A stretch of DNA of 64,000 nucleotides from Gammaproteobacteria bacterium (GTDB taxonomy: Bacteria; Pseudomonadota; Gammaproteobacteria; Eutrophobiales; Eutrophobiaceae), in NCBI GenBank assembly GCA_965240365.1, contig OZ251218.1, positions 2,648,922 through 2,712,921 on the forward strand, written 5' to 3'. Position 1 is the stretch's first letter. Every line of letters starts with the position of its first letter. Both the position numbers and the translations under genes were made by a program. Shown here piece by piece: positions 40,678-49,734 of the stretch. Under the pieces are notes generated by a model that had not been told where the DNA came from, ran no database searches, and saw only the letters and a program-made list of their open reading frames with translations.

Positions 40678-41373
40678 ACCTCTCTGGAACGTTAACCCCT
40701 TACCGGAACCGGCAGGGTTTGTTTCCGTCCTACAGGCTTCGCCTGTTTTCCGCAAGCTGTCCTTGTATTACCACCTGCGGCGGCACTCCAAAGGGCTTGG
40801 CAAGGAAAACCCCTTCGGTTTTCCGTTGCATCCTATCCCGCTTTGGCGCGGCGCAGGCATTGAGCCTGTGCCGCGCCAGCGAACCGTATCGCCGGTTCAT
40901 CACTCGCAGGGGCCTGGAGATATGCCTCTCCACCCTGCACCCGCACCATGCATGAGCAAGCGCCTGCTCAACCAGCGCCAACCCTTATGCCGGGTTCGAT
41001 ACGGCGTAAACCGAATCCGCGGTTTAATCGCGGGTACTGCAAGGCAAAGTGACACGCCTGAGGTTCGCAGTCGTGATTCGTTCCATCCCGTTACGGCGCG
41101 TCCGGCGCGGGCGCGGCGCTATGCCGCTCAGCGGGCGGCGTAAGCGGCACGCGCTCAGGCTGGGCTATTTCGTGCCCAGCCTGTATTAAGACCTTTTTAA
41201 CCTCTTTTGCGTAGTATTGTAAGCACTATGAAAACGAGACAATACAGGGCTGGCGGGACACAGGGGCGCGGTGCGTGCAAACAGAATATGACGATGGCCG
41301 GGTTTAACTTTGTTAAACCCGGCCGCCGGTTATCGTTAGATAACCGGGGCGCCGCCATGAAAGGCGGCGCGTA

Positions 41374-42129
41374 ATGGGCTTTCCACCGCTATATCATCAC
41401 TTTGTCGCCGCCGTTTACGGCAAAGAGCAGGACGCGGTTTTTGACCAGCAGATGCAGGCCGCGTCGGCAGGCATGGGGACGCTGGATGAAAGCCAGTTAT
41501 CAGGGCTATTGGCGTTGACGCTGGCGCGGATTAAATCCCAAAATAAGGCAGAGACCAGGCACAAACAGTCCGTCCGTGAAATTCTGCACTACGTGTTGCT
41601 TGAATATATCGACAATCTCAATCGTGATATTTCAAAGCTGGAAGCCGGGTTTGAAGCGCAGTTCGGCGATGCCTGGCGCGAAGAAATCGCCCTGCGGGTG
41701 TTTGGCCCGGATGCGGTGCCCGCACAACGCCCCGGCGAGCGTATCAAAGACTACCGCACGCGCCTTGAACGCGCGCTAAGGGAAGAAATGCTGAATCCTG
41801 ACGGCAGCATCAAGGATCAGTACAAAGACGATCCCGAACTGGAAAAATACGCTGAATGGGCGCAGAAAATCTATAACCGGGAGGTTGCCAGAGCCATTGC
41901 CAATGATCTTAAGAACCCAGCCAGCACCCATGCGCAGACGCATCAGCTTTTGCAGGGGCTGGAAGAAGCGCAAAATGCTGAGCAAAACACCTATGCCGCT
42001 CGTGAGCTTCTAGGGAATGAAGAACATAGGAACGCAATTTTGACTATTGATGATAATGCCGATGATCGCGTAGGCTTGCAAAATCAATCAGACTTTACTC
42101 TCGATTTCTTGAAATTTCCCGGTCAGTAA
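41374..42129 (+). CDS. Hypothetical helical protein
   Basis: 251-aa ORF, no family recognised. Confidence 0.6.
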   Translation: MGFPPLYHHFVAAVYGKEQDAVFDQQMQAASAGMGTLDESQLSGLLALTLARIKSQNKAETRHKQSVREILHYVLLEYIDNLNRDISKLEAGFEAQFGDAWREEIALRVFGPDAVPAQRPGERIKDYRTRLERALREEMLNPDGSIKDQYKDDPELEKYAEWAQKIYNREVARAIANDLKNPASTHAQTHQLLQGLEEAQNAEQNTYAARELLGNEEHRNAILTIDDNADDRVGLQNQSDFTLDFLKFPGQ

Positions 42130-42744
42130 CAAGCGCTGGATTCCTGTTCTTTGCCCTTTCTGCGACACCTGAAATTTTCTCACGTACATTGCTAATGAGA
42201 AACGGGCCTTCCGTCCCGCCCCTAACATGCAGTGCTATTACAGAGGCAGGAACATCGTTTTTTTCATAGAAGAATCTGATTTGGTCAATACCATGACGCT
42301 TGAAATCGCGAGTCAACACCATCTTGATCTGATCGTCAGTAACGGCAGGTCGGGTACCCATACGCACGGATACCGCCACACCGAACGGGTTTTTCTCCGA
42401 CCATTCACTACCCAGAACCTTAACACAGGTTGCGTATTTGCAGTCCGTGATGTAATCGCCTGAGGCGTCAAAGCCGCCCGCGTCCTGTGACGTATCCGCC
42501 CGCGCCGCGCCGACAAAAGCACTTGCCGCCGCGCAGAGAATCAGACACAGATAAAACGTTCGTTTTTGCTAGTGTTCGAGATATGGGCCATGTGCAGGGC
42601 CAGAAAATTCGTAAGTGATTGAAATTTATAGGAATGGGAGTGCAGCTATGCGAAAAAAACCGAGTCCGGGAAAACGAACGTTTTTGTATATCATTAATAC
42701 ACTGAAATCATTGACTCTTTTAGCTATCTCAGGAGGATAAAAAC

Positions 42745-43212
42745 GTGCGCTACGGCTATGTCAGAACATCCAGAAACTGCCAGCACACCGACCGGCAGGT
42801 CAACGAACTGGCGCAACACTGCGATGTGGTGCGCATAGAAAACGGGGTCTCGGCCAGAAAGAAAGAGCGCCCGGTGTTTCGCCAGCTTCTGTCTGAGGTG
42901 GGCAAGGGCGATGTCTTGGTGGTCACGTCCTATGACCGGGCCTTTCGCAACGTGGTCGAGGGCTTAACGGCGCTCGATGCGCTGAGCGCGCGCCAGGTGC
43001 GGTTTGAATCCGTCTGGCAGAAATTCGACCCCACCACGCCCGACGGACGGCTGTTCTACACCATCACACTGGCCATGGCCGAATGGGAAGTCGGCAATCT
43101 GGCGCTGCGCACCATCGACGGCCTCAAAGCCGCCGTACAACGCGGGGCCACCCTCGGACGCCCCAAAAAAGGCCGGGCCGGACGCAGAGTGAACATGGCG
43201 CAATGCGCCTGA
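42745..43212 (+). CDS. Small serine recombinase (resolvase/invertase); C-terminal HTH apparently missing
   Basis: RYGYVRTS...RQ, RPVF, GDVLVVTSYDRAFR, GATLGRP; 155 aa. Confidence 0.85.
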   Translation: MRYGYVRTSRNCQHTDRQVNELAQHCDVVRIENGVSARKKERPVFRQLLSEVGKGDVLVVTSYDRAFRNVVEGLTALDALSARQVRFESVWQKFDPTTPDGRLFYTITLAMAEWEVGNLALRTIDGLKAAVQRGATLGRPKKGRAGRRVNMAQCA

Positions 43213-43400
43213 TATGGCTACCTGGGCACGCGCATTGAGGGTGAGGGGTTTTACCACTGAGAACGCGCCGTTTGGGAGCAGATTGAACGCGCGCCTGCCT
43301 AAATTCTAAATGTGCCGGGGTCGTTGTTGTGGTAGAGGTACATTATTCTCGACAAAACTGCTAATATTTGGTAGTTTAGGAATAGAGAGAGGATAAAATC

Positions 43401-43667
43401 ATGCCGACAACCAGTATCGACCTTGGCGAACACTTCACCGGCTTTGTCGCCGCCATGAAAGAAACGGGCCGCTACCGCAACGCCAGTGAAGTGGTTCGGG
43501 CGGGCCTGCGCCTGCTTCAGGAACAGGAAGCCGAATACCAGACCAAACTCGAAGCGCTGCGCCAGGCGCTGGAAGAGGGCGAGCAAAGCGGCGAGAGCGC
43601 CAAAACACATGCGCAGATCATCGCCGAGGCGAAAACGGAAATGAATGGCCGGATGAATGGCCAATAG
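43401..43667 (+). CDS. parD: ParD-family antitoxin
   Basis: TSIDLGEHF...GRYRNASEVVRAGLRLLQEQE...LRQALEEGEQSG. Confidence 0.9.
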   Translation: MPTTSIDLGEHFTGFVAAMKETGRYRNASEVVRAGLRLLQEQEAEYQTKLEALRQALEEGEQSGESAKTHAQIIAEAKTEMNGRMNGQ

Positions 43668-43950
43668 ATACGTCTATTCAAAACGGGCGGCGCGTGACCT
43701 CAAAAAAATCTATATCGACACCGCAAGGGAATGGGGTGTCGCACAAGCTGACAAATACGCCGCCGGACTTGAGAATGCGCTCACGTTGCTGGCTGAAAAC
43801 CCGAATTTGGGCCGCCGCTGCGATGAGATACGGGCCGGGTATCGGCGCTTTGAGCATGCGCGTCACATCATTTTTTACCGCGGACGCAAAGCCGATATTT
43901 TCATTGTTCGTATCTTGCATGACCGGATGGATAGTGAGCGGCATTTCTAA
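43657..43950 (+). CDS. parE: ParE-family toxin
   Basis: SKRAARDL..IY..T...WG..QAD.Y...NPNLGR...HIIFYR...IVRILHDRMD. Confidence 0.9.
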   Translation: MANRYVYSKRAARDLKKIYIDTAREWGVAQADKYAAGLENALTLLAENPNLGRRCDEIRAGYRRFEHARHIIFYRGRKADIFIVRILHDRMDSERHF

Positions 43951-44075
43951 GAAGACGGCAAAAGGCTTAAAAACAAGGCGGCAGGTCAGCGAGTGGCGGC
44001 AAGCGCCACCCGCACTGGTGGGAGACAGAGGTATCTGACTCCCGCTTTTTTGTCTATAAATCAATCTATCTGCTT

Positions 44076-45518
44076 TTATAGATTCATGCCGGGCGTATAG
44101 ATTCCTTGCTGCGCGGTCCGGTTATCATAGGTGTGTGCTATTTCAGGCGGCGATGGATTGTCAGCCATATATTTTGCCACTGCCTCCAAACCGCCCTGCG
44201 CTTTCAAATCCTCATACTGTCTCGCAAACAGCTTTGCGTTGGCCTTGACCTCGATGAGCGATTGCACTTCGAGCGGCATGTCATCGGTGAGGGTGTTCGG
44301 CAGTTTATTAAATACGGCGGTTAAATGCATGGACGGCTTATCATGGCCCGTTACCCAATCCCAGGTATCACCGAAGACGCTTTTTGCCGCCGCGCTCAAT
44401 GTGTGCATGGCGTCTTGCGAAACCTCGATTACGCCGCCTTTTATGGCTGCAAAATTGGCATAGACTTTTTCTGTGATATAGCCCGCGCCGACGCCTCCGC
44501 CTATAGCGCCCGCAACGCCGCCAACCACGCCGCCTATGGTCGTTCCCACGACAGGCACAACCGAGCCGATAGCCGCCCCGGTTGCGGCCCCGGCAACGGC
44601 GCCGCCTAAAGAACCCAGATTAGAGGCGGTTTCGATGGTGGCAGACCGGGCGGTTGCTTCCATATCATTATCAAGGAGATCAGGACTGGTTTCACCATAA
44701 GGCACAGCCGCTTCATAGGTAACTTCGGCGGCTTCGGCTTTTGAACCGCCGGCGGCCAGTGTAAACACGCCGGATAATGTGCCAAAGGCGACACCAGCCA
44801 CAAAACCGCCACTTTTGCCCAGATTACTGAATGTTTCCGCCAAACTCTGCAAGCGGCTATCTCTATTGGCTTCCAACATGGCCGCGCCGTTTTCATTCAA
44901 TAATGAATCCAGATTGTTTTTCTGGGCCGGATCGTGAAAAATTGCTTGCTGTTGCTCTAAAAGGCGCTGCCATTTTTCTGTCTCTGCATCTGTAAGAGGA
45001 CGATTTTCTGCCTTTGCAGTCCGCTCTATTGCCTGAATTTCTTCGTATAATTTGTGCGCCTTTTCACCCGCTATGGCCATGTCGTGCTGATCTACACGAA
45101 ACTCTGCGACATGGCCGTTTGGCAGGCGCACCTGTGTGTTGAGTGTGCGAAAATGTGTTTCCAGAGGTTCCGCGTAAAAGTCTTTAACTTTAACGATACC
45201 TAAAGTTTCTTTTAGCGCGGCAATTTCATCACGAATAATTTGAATTTGTTCAGGCGTTTCCACGAGTAAACGGCCACGCACCATATCAGAAATTCTTGTA
45301 TGGCTGCCACCATAATCGCCTGTGATTTTATCCTGAATGCGCTCTAAATCTTTCAGAGGCGCACTTTGAAATTCAATGCCGGTAAACTGTTCAGGATATT
45401 TATCTTGAAGATATTGGAGAAAGTTCTGACCAAACTCTGCAAAATCAGGCATCGCCTCGCCGGCCTGGTCATAAAGCTGCTTTAAATTCAGATCAGGATT
45501 TTGCAATCCTTCTTCCAT
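44076..45518 (-). CDS. RelA/SpoT-family alarmone synthetase domain (Apk/Tas1-like) fused to a glycine-zipper C-terminal region
   Basis: APLKDLERIQDKITGDYGG, SDMVRGRLLV, KDFYAEP..HFRTLNTQVRLPNGHVAEFRV, AHKLYEEI; later GSLGGAVAGAATGAAIGSVVPVVGTTIGGVVGG. Confidence 0.78.
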   Translation of the reverse strand: MEEGLQNPDLNLKQLYDQAGEAMPDFAEFGQNFLQYLQDKYPEQFTGIEFQSAPLKDLERIQDKITGDYGGSHTRISDMVRGRLLVETPEQIQIIRDEIAALKETLGIVKVKDFYAEPLETHFRTLNTQVRLPNGHVAEFRVDQHDMAIAGEKAHKLYEEIQAIERTAKAENRPLTDAETEKWQRLLEQQQAIFHDPAQKNNLDSLLNENGAAMLEANRDSRLQSLAETFSNLGKSGGFVAGVAFGTLSGVFTLAAGGSKAEAAEVTYEAAVPYGETSPDLLDNDMEATARSATIETASNLGSLGGAVAGAATGAAIGSVVPVVGTTIGGVVGGVAGAIGGGVGAGYITEKVYANFAAIKGGVIEVSQDAMHTLSAAAKSVFGDTWDWVTGHDKPSMHLTAVFNKLPNTLTDDMPLEVQSLIEVKANAKLFARQYEDLKAQGGLEAVAKYMADNPSPPEIAHTYDNRTAQQGIYTPGMNL

Positions 45519-45585
45519 TCCACACTCCCTGTTCTAAAACTGCCTGTCCTTTTGTTTGTTATGAAAGCAGCTTTATATGTTTTAT

Positions 45586-46416
45586 TCATTCAAGGCTTTT
45601 GCCAAGCATAGCTTCCGCTTTCTCGCGGAATTGTTCTTCCGTAATTTCCTCAACTTCCATGCTATAAACCAAACGACTCAGATATGTTGCATCCTGCACC
45701 AATTCGCCTTTTTCACGATTTGGCACTTCTGCTCCCTTTCTTAAGCCTTTGTCATTAAAAGCCACACGCACAGGCACGCTTTCACCTAATAAAAAATACT
45801 GATATTTCACCTTACCTTTTCCCATTGTTGGCTCGGCATGACTTCCACTGCCCCTAATTTTTGGCGCGTCATTAATTAAACTATATACATTTTCTGTAGT
45901 GATGCGCAAAGCGGCGCATAGTTTTCCTATGGATGTATGATAACGCTTTCCTAAACGCTCGGCTTTTTCCGGATTTTTTTGTGTTAAATCCGCCACGCGC
46001 TCAGGGTGTAAATTGTCCATATTATCCGCGAGCTTCACCAGCATTGCGCCCCGGTTTCCGCTGGAAATAACATCATCAATAACCTGCGCATAACTGCGCC
46101 GGTCATTTTCCGGTTTCGTTACAATGCTTACAATGGCAATACACGCTGCGGAGTAGTCTTTCTGGCTCAGGTATTTTTCATCAATGCCACAATCTTCTAT
46201 CGTGTCGTGAAGCATAGCGGCCATAACCACATCATCACTGGCTTGCGGGTCCAGTGTTTTTACATTGCGCGCGACTCTGATAGGATGGGCAACATAGGAT
46301 TTGCCATTATGATCGGTCTGGCCAGCATGCAATTCGCGGATTAAACCCAGCGTATATTCAATGCCCGGATGCATTGCCTTGTTAAACCCTGTATTTGATG
46401 TGATTGATTTCATCAT
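45586..46416 (-). CDS. HD-domain small alarmone hydrolase (Mesh1/Aph1-like) with an extra ~75-aa C-terminal domain
   Basis: LHAGQTDHNGKSYVAHPIRVA, AAMLHDTIED, VKLADNMDN. Confidence 0.85.
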   Translation of the reverse strand: MMKSITSNTGFNKAMHPGIEYTLGLIRELHAGQTDHNGKSYVAHPIRVARNVKTLDPQASDDVVMAAMLHDTIEDCGIDEKYLSQKDYSAACIAIVSIVTKPENDRRSYAQVIDDVISSGNRGAMLVKLADNMDNLHPERVADLTQKNPEKAERLGKRYHTSIGKLCAALRITTENVYSLINDAPKIRGSGSHAEPTMGKGKVKYQYFLLGESVPVRVAFNDKGLRKGAEVPNREKGELVQDATYLSRLVYSMEVEEITEEQFREKAEAMLGKSLE

Positions 46417-46671
46417 ACTTTTCTACTTTAAATAATATAAAAATTTTAGACAATTATGATTAAAAAAACGTGAATGATTGCGCCTTATCCGTGCAATTTT
46501 CAACGATTTCAATATATTAAGGCTTAAAAAATGACTTTGGCAGCCGCTGTCGATGGCATTCAATGATGTAAAGCCGGGTGATTTTAACGAGATTAGCCGG
46601 ATTCTGATGATTTCCTGAGCATTCTGGGATTATACACCAGCTTGCCAGACAGAGGCCACTTCTGCAATTTG

Positions 46672-47961
46672 TTATCGCTCTAAAGAAACGCCGTTGGCGC
46701 GGCGCGGGCTGTCCGGGCTTGCGGCTTGATCAAACGCATCGCGCCGCCCTTCGCGGATATCCTGAAATTGCGCAATGTCGGCCCTGATGTGTTCTGTGCT
46801 GGCGTCCCTATATTGCGCCAGACGCTTTATCCGCCGCGCAAGCGCGCGGCGTTGCTCAAGCTGCCTGAAAACCAGCGTATCTTTTTCGCCGCGATCACGT
46901 TGCAAGGCGTATGCCGCGTCTTGCTCGTTTTGCTCCCGGATACGGCGGTGTCTGCCGGTAAAATGATCCAGCAGGCCGCGCAGCCCCTTGTTAAACCGTC
47001 GCTGCCGCGCCCTGGTTTCCCGGATTCTTCTCTGAGCATGATCAGAGTCCAGCGTCCCGCGCTCGGCTTTTTGTCGCTGAACGAGTTCGGCTAGCAGACG
47101 TTTGATGTCTTGCTGGCGGACTGCAATGGCCGATTGCTGCGCGCGGCCTAGCGTGTCCAGCCGCCTGGCAAGGGCCGCCGCCATTTCCGCCCTGGCCTCC
47201 CGCACACCGGGCAACCCCTCAGGCTCACCGAGCTTGGCGGCAACCTCTTTTTTGCCGGTTCCTTTTTTGAGTTGCCGGGCAACGGAATAGACCTCGCAGC
47301 GTTCATCAATGGCCACATAGCCGCGCCGACCGACGGCCAGCCTGTAACCGCGTTCATTCAGGGCGTGTCTGAAAGAGGCAAGGCTGTCGCTCACGGCCCA
47401 GCAGTCCTGAAAGGCCGCTTTCACCTCGCGGCTGTGCTTACCGGCCCGCCGCGCTTGCTGCCACTGGGCAAGCGTGTAATTTTTGGGGTCACGCTCGGCG
47501 GAACACATAAACCCGCGCGGCATTTTCCAGCCATGTTCTATATACAGATCGCGGGAAATAGCCATCAGCCTGCGCTTGTAAAAATCAATCTTGATGGCTT
47601 TCATATTCACCGCATCAATGCGCGACCAGACCACATGACAATGCCGCCGCCCCTTTTTCTCATGAAAGACAATCGCGCGCGGCTGGCCGGACAGCCCTAA
47701 ATCCTGCTCCGTGCGTTCGATGGCCCTCAGAAAGGCTTCAGTCGGAACCCGTGCCGTTTGTGGCGGGTTTATGCTGAGAGCAAACATAAACTTCTTCGCC
47801 TTCGTGCCCCGGCTGACGGCGTAAATCTCGTTCAGCGCAGGGGCCAGATCATCGGACATAAAGCCGCGCAACTCGTGCACGGTGACATGATCGTTTTCCT
47901 CTTTGAGCAGATGCAGCGCCAGATTTTTCGCGCCGCCGCGTTCATTGCCTTCCAGAATCAT
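46672..47961 (-). CDS. Relaxase/mobilisation nuclease (MOBP/VirD2-like)
   Basis: MILEGNERGG..LA.HLL, FALSINPP, HEKKGRRHCHVVWSRID (HxH motif). Confidence 0.88.
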   Translation of the reverse strand: MILEGNERGGAKNLALHLLKEENDHVTVHELRGFMSDDLAPALNEIYAVSRGTKAKKFMFALSINPPQTARVPTEAFLRAIERTEQDLGLSGQPRAIVFHEKKGRRHCHVVWSRIDAVNMKAIKIDFYKRRLMAISRDLYIEHGWKMPRGFMCSAERDPKNYTLAQWQQARRAGKHSREVKAAFQDCWAVSDSLASFRHALNERGYRLAVGRRGYVAIDERCEVYSVARQLKKGTGKKEVAAKLGEPEGLPGVREARAEMAAALARRLDTLGRAQQSAIAVRQQDIKRLLAELVQRQKAERGTLDSDHAQRRIRETRARQRRFNKGLRGLLDHFTGRHRRIREQNEQDAAYALQRDRGEKDTLVFRQLEQRRALARRIKRLAQYRDASTEHIRADIAQFQDIREGRRDAFDQAASPDSPRRANGVSLER

Positions 47962-48200
47962 GTATCGCCACCGCATCTTAGCCCCAAAGCGACAAACAGG
48001 GCTTCGCGCATGGCCAGCACCGCCGCGCAGGCTTCTTCAAGCTGCCGTTCCACATGCTCGCCGGTTTCCAGCGTCCCGCAGTGGGCCGCTTTCGCAAGCT
48101 GGTTAAGGTTATTGGGAATGCGCGACTGGCCCAGCCCGGCAAGCAGCGCGGCCACCTTAGCGCTCGCGCCCCCGGCCGCATGGCCCCCCGCCCGGGCTTC
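47958..48200 (-). pseudogene. MobC relaxosome accessory protein, C-terminal fragment
   Basis: LGQSRIPNNLNQLAKAAHCG; stop overlaps the relaxase ATG; N-terminal RHH part not found. Confidence 0.7.
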
Positions 48201-48227
48201 CTGAGCAATTTACCTCAATGCTGTCCT

Positions 48228-48690
48228 TTCCTGCCTGTAGCAGTCAGCAGGCAGGCCAGCTTCCGCCCTCGTTGTCATTCCGGCGAAAGCCGGAATCCAG
48301 GAAGGCGATCCGGGGTGTTAAAGAGATTCCGACTTTGCTGGCCTGCGCATAGCGGGCCGAAATGACTTTATTATTGTCATTCCCGCCTTGGCGGGAATGG
48401 CTTGTCTAAACCACTGGATTCCGGCTTTCGCCGGAATGACGATGGGTTTTTTTGGATGTTCTTTCGCCAACCTGCAAAGGGCAGGTTGGAATGACTTTGA
48501 AAGTTGCCGGGATGCCTCTCGTCTTTTCGTTGTCATTCCGGCGAAGGCCGGAATCCAGGAAGGCGATGCCGGGGTGTTAAAGAGATTCCGACTTTGCCGG
48601 TCTGCGCGTAGCGGGCCGCAATGACTTCATTATTGTCATTCCCGCCTTGGCCCTGCATGCAGCAGGCAGGCGAAAGCCGGAATCCACTTT
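48228..48690. repeat. Dense REP-like palindrome cluster containing a ~120-bp duplication
   Basis: Several GTCATTCCGGCGAAxGCCGGAATCCA units; ~48271-48390 repeated at ~48529-48650. Confidence 0.85.
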
Positions 48691-48800
48691 CAGGATGGCA
48701 TCACGGCCCGGTTAACCCCGGCGTTTGACCGGCAAGCGCCTCATTAGCCGGTTTTTTTGATTAATACGCCAATTTTCAGGCCGAATTAATAAAAAAGTAT

Positions 48801-48846
48801 TTGACAAGACCATTTCCCTTTTACAATAATAATGATTCTTATTATT
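48801..48846 (+). promoter_or_regulatory. Sigma70-like promoter with a Fur-box-like site
   Basis: TTGACA at 48801, TACAAT at 48822 (15-nt spacer, suboptimal); AATAATGATTCTTATTATT (48828-48846) matches the 19-bp Fur consensus at 14/19. Confidence 0.55.
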
Positions 48847-48901
48847 GCTAAAATAAGTCTTAGCAAAGATACGGCACACTACTTCAACCGCTCTGATTTG
48901 C

Positions 48902-49462
48902 ATGAGAAAAAAACTTCAGACACTTAAAAAAAACTACCTTATCAACTGGACTCCGGACGAAGTCTGCCGGCTGTTGCGGGAAAACGCGATCAAGGCCGAA
49001 GACATGGTCCAGTCCAGTCGATTTCAGACCCACAGACTGATCCGCGAACTCTATCTGCTCGCCTGCCAGGCCTGCCTGGCCGGTTCAGCCAGAACGGACG
49101 CGCAGGCCAGCCTGTTATGCAGATATGCCAGAGCCATCAAAAAAATCAGTCATGACTATGACAATCTATTCAGGAGAACCAGAATGATTGAGACCGCTAA
49201 TTCAGAACCACAGGATGCGTCATCATCGGTTGAAACCATCGATCGATTACAGGCCCGTCTGTTCTATTTAATGACACAATACAGCGTGCATCCGTGCCAA
49301 CACCTGGCCGGGCACATTGTCGATCAATTAAACTGCCTCTGCCGGCATCCACATATCGAACTCCTGCCGACCCAGCGCTACATCTACAGCCAGTCGCTCA
49401 ACTACTGGCGCTCGCGCGTGGTTGTTCAGGACAAGAACAGCCAGAGCATGGTCCTGCATTAG
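48902..49462 (+). CDS. Hypothetical protein, possibly iron-regulated
   Basis: 186-aa ORF; Cys/His-rich C-terminus LFYLMTQYSVHPCQHLA...CRHP. Confidence 0.65.
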   Translation: MRKKLQTLKKNYLINWTPDEVCRLLRENAIKAEDMVQSSRFQTHRLIRELYLLACQACLAGSARTDAQASLLCRYARAIKKISHDYDNLFRRTRMIETANSEPQDASSSVETIDRLQARLFYLMTQYSVHPCQHLAGHIVDQLNCLCRHPHIELLPTQRYIYSQSLNYWRSRVVVQDKNSQSMVLH

Positions 49463-49521
49463 AAGCGGGGAAGGAGGGTCAACCCGGCCTGCCACGGCTG
49501 GCCGGAATGCCCAAATTGTTG

Positions 49522-49623
49522 TCATTCCGGTTTGCCTGCCACAGGCGGGCCAATAACGCGGCTTTGATTCCTGGATTCCGGCTTTCGCCTGCTTGTCGCG
49601 GGCAGGGCCCAGGCGGGAATGAC
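49522..49623. repeat. REP-like palindromes with nested CCTG..CAGG units
   Basis: GTCATTCCGG interrupted by TTGCCTGCCACAGGCGGG; TGGATTCCGGCTTTCGCC...GGGAATGAC. Confidence 0.7.
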
Positions 49624-49734
49624 AACCAAATACACCATTTCGCCCGACCCGGCGCTGTCCCCCGGACCACGCCTGTCAAACCCCGTCGCCCTATAGTAAA
49701 ATGCGCTCTTTATTTACACAGGAGTAAAACAATC

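Larger units (their letters stand above)
29083..48200. mobile_element. Integrative mobilisable element at the tRNA-Ser 3' end (right boundary approximate)
   Basis: Serine integrase abutting the tRNA, VirD4-like coupling protein, relaxase plus MobC, resolvase, ParDE; no VirB genes. Confidence 0.75.

Noticed and set aside
40583-41143. 186-aa plus-strand ORF after the ankyrin gene
   Set aside because: Overlaps the ankyrin gene end, Arg/Pro-rich with no family signal; treated as non-coding
48228-48690. REP clusters, 33-bp KID repeats and 126-bp TPR repeats as CRISPR arrays
   Set aside because: No constant repeat with unique spacers of uniform length; no cas genes; the coding repeats are in frame
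48150-48900. attR copy of the tRNA-Ser 3' end
   Set aside because: No convincing CTCTCCGCCA-type repeat found by eye; right boundary left approximate
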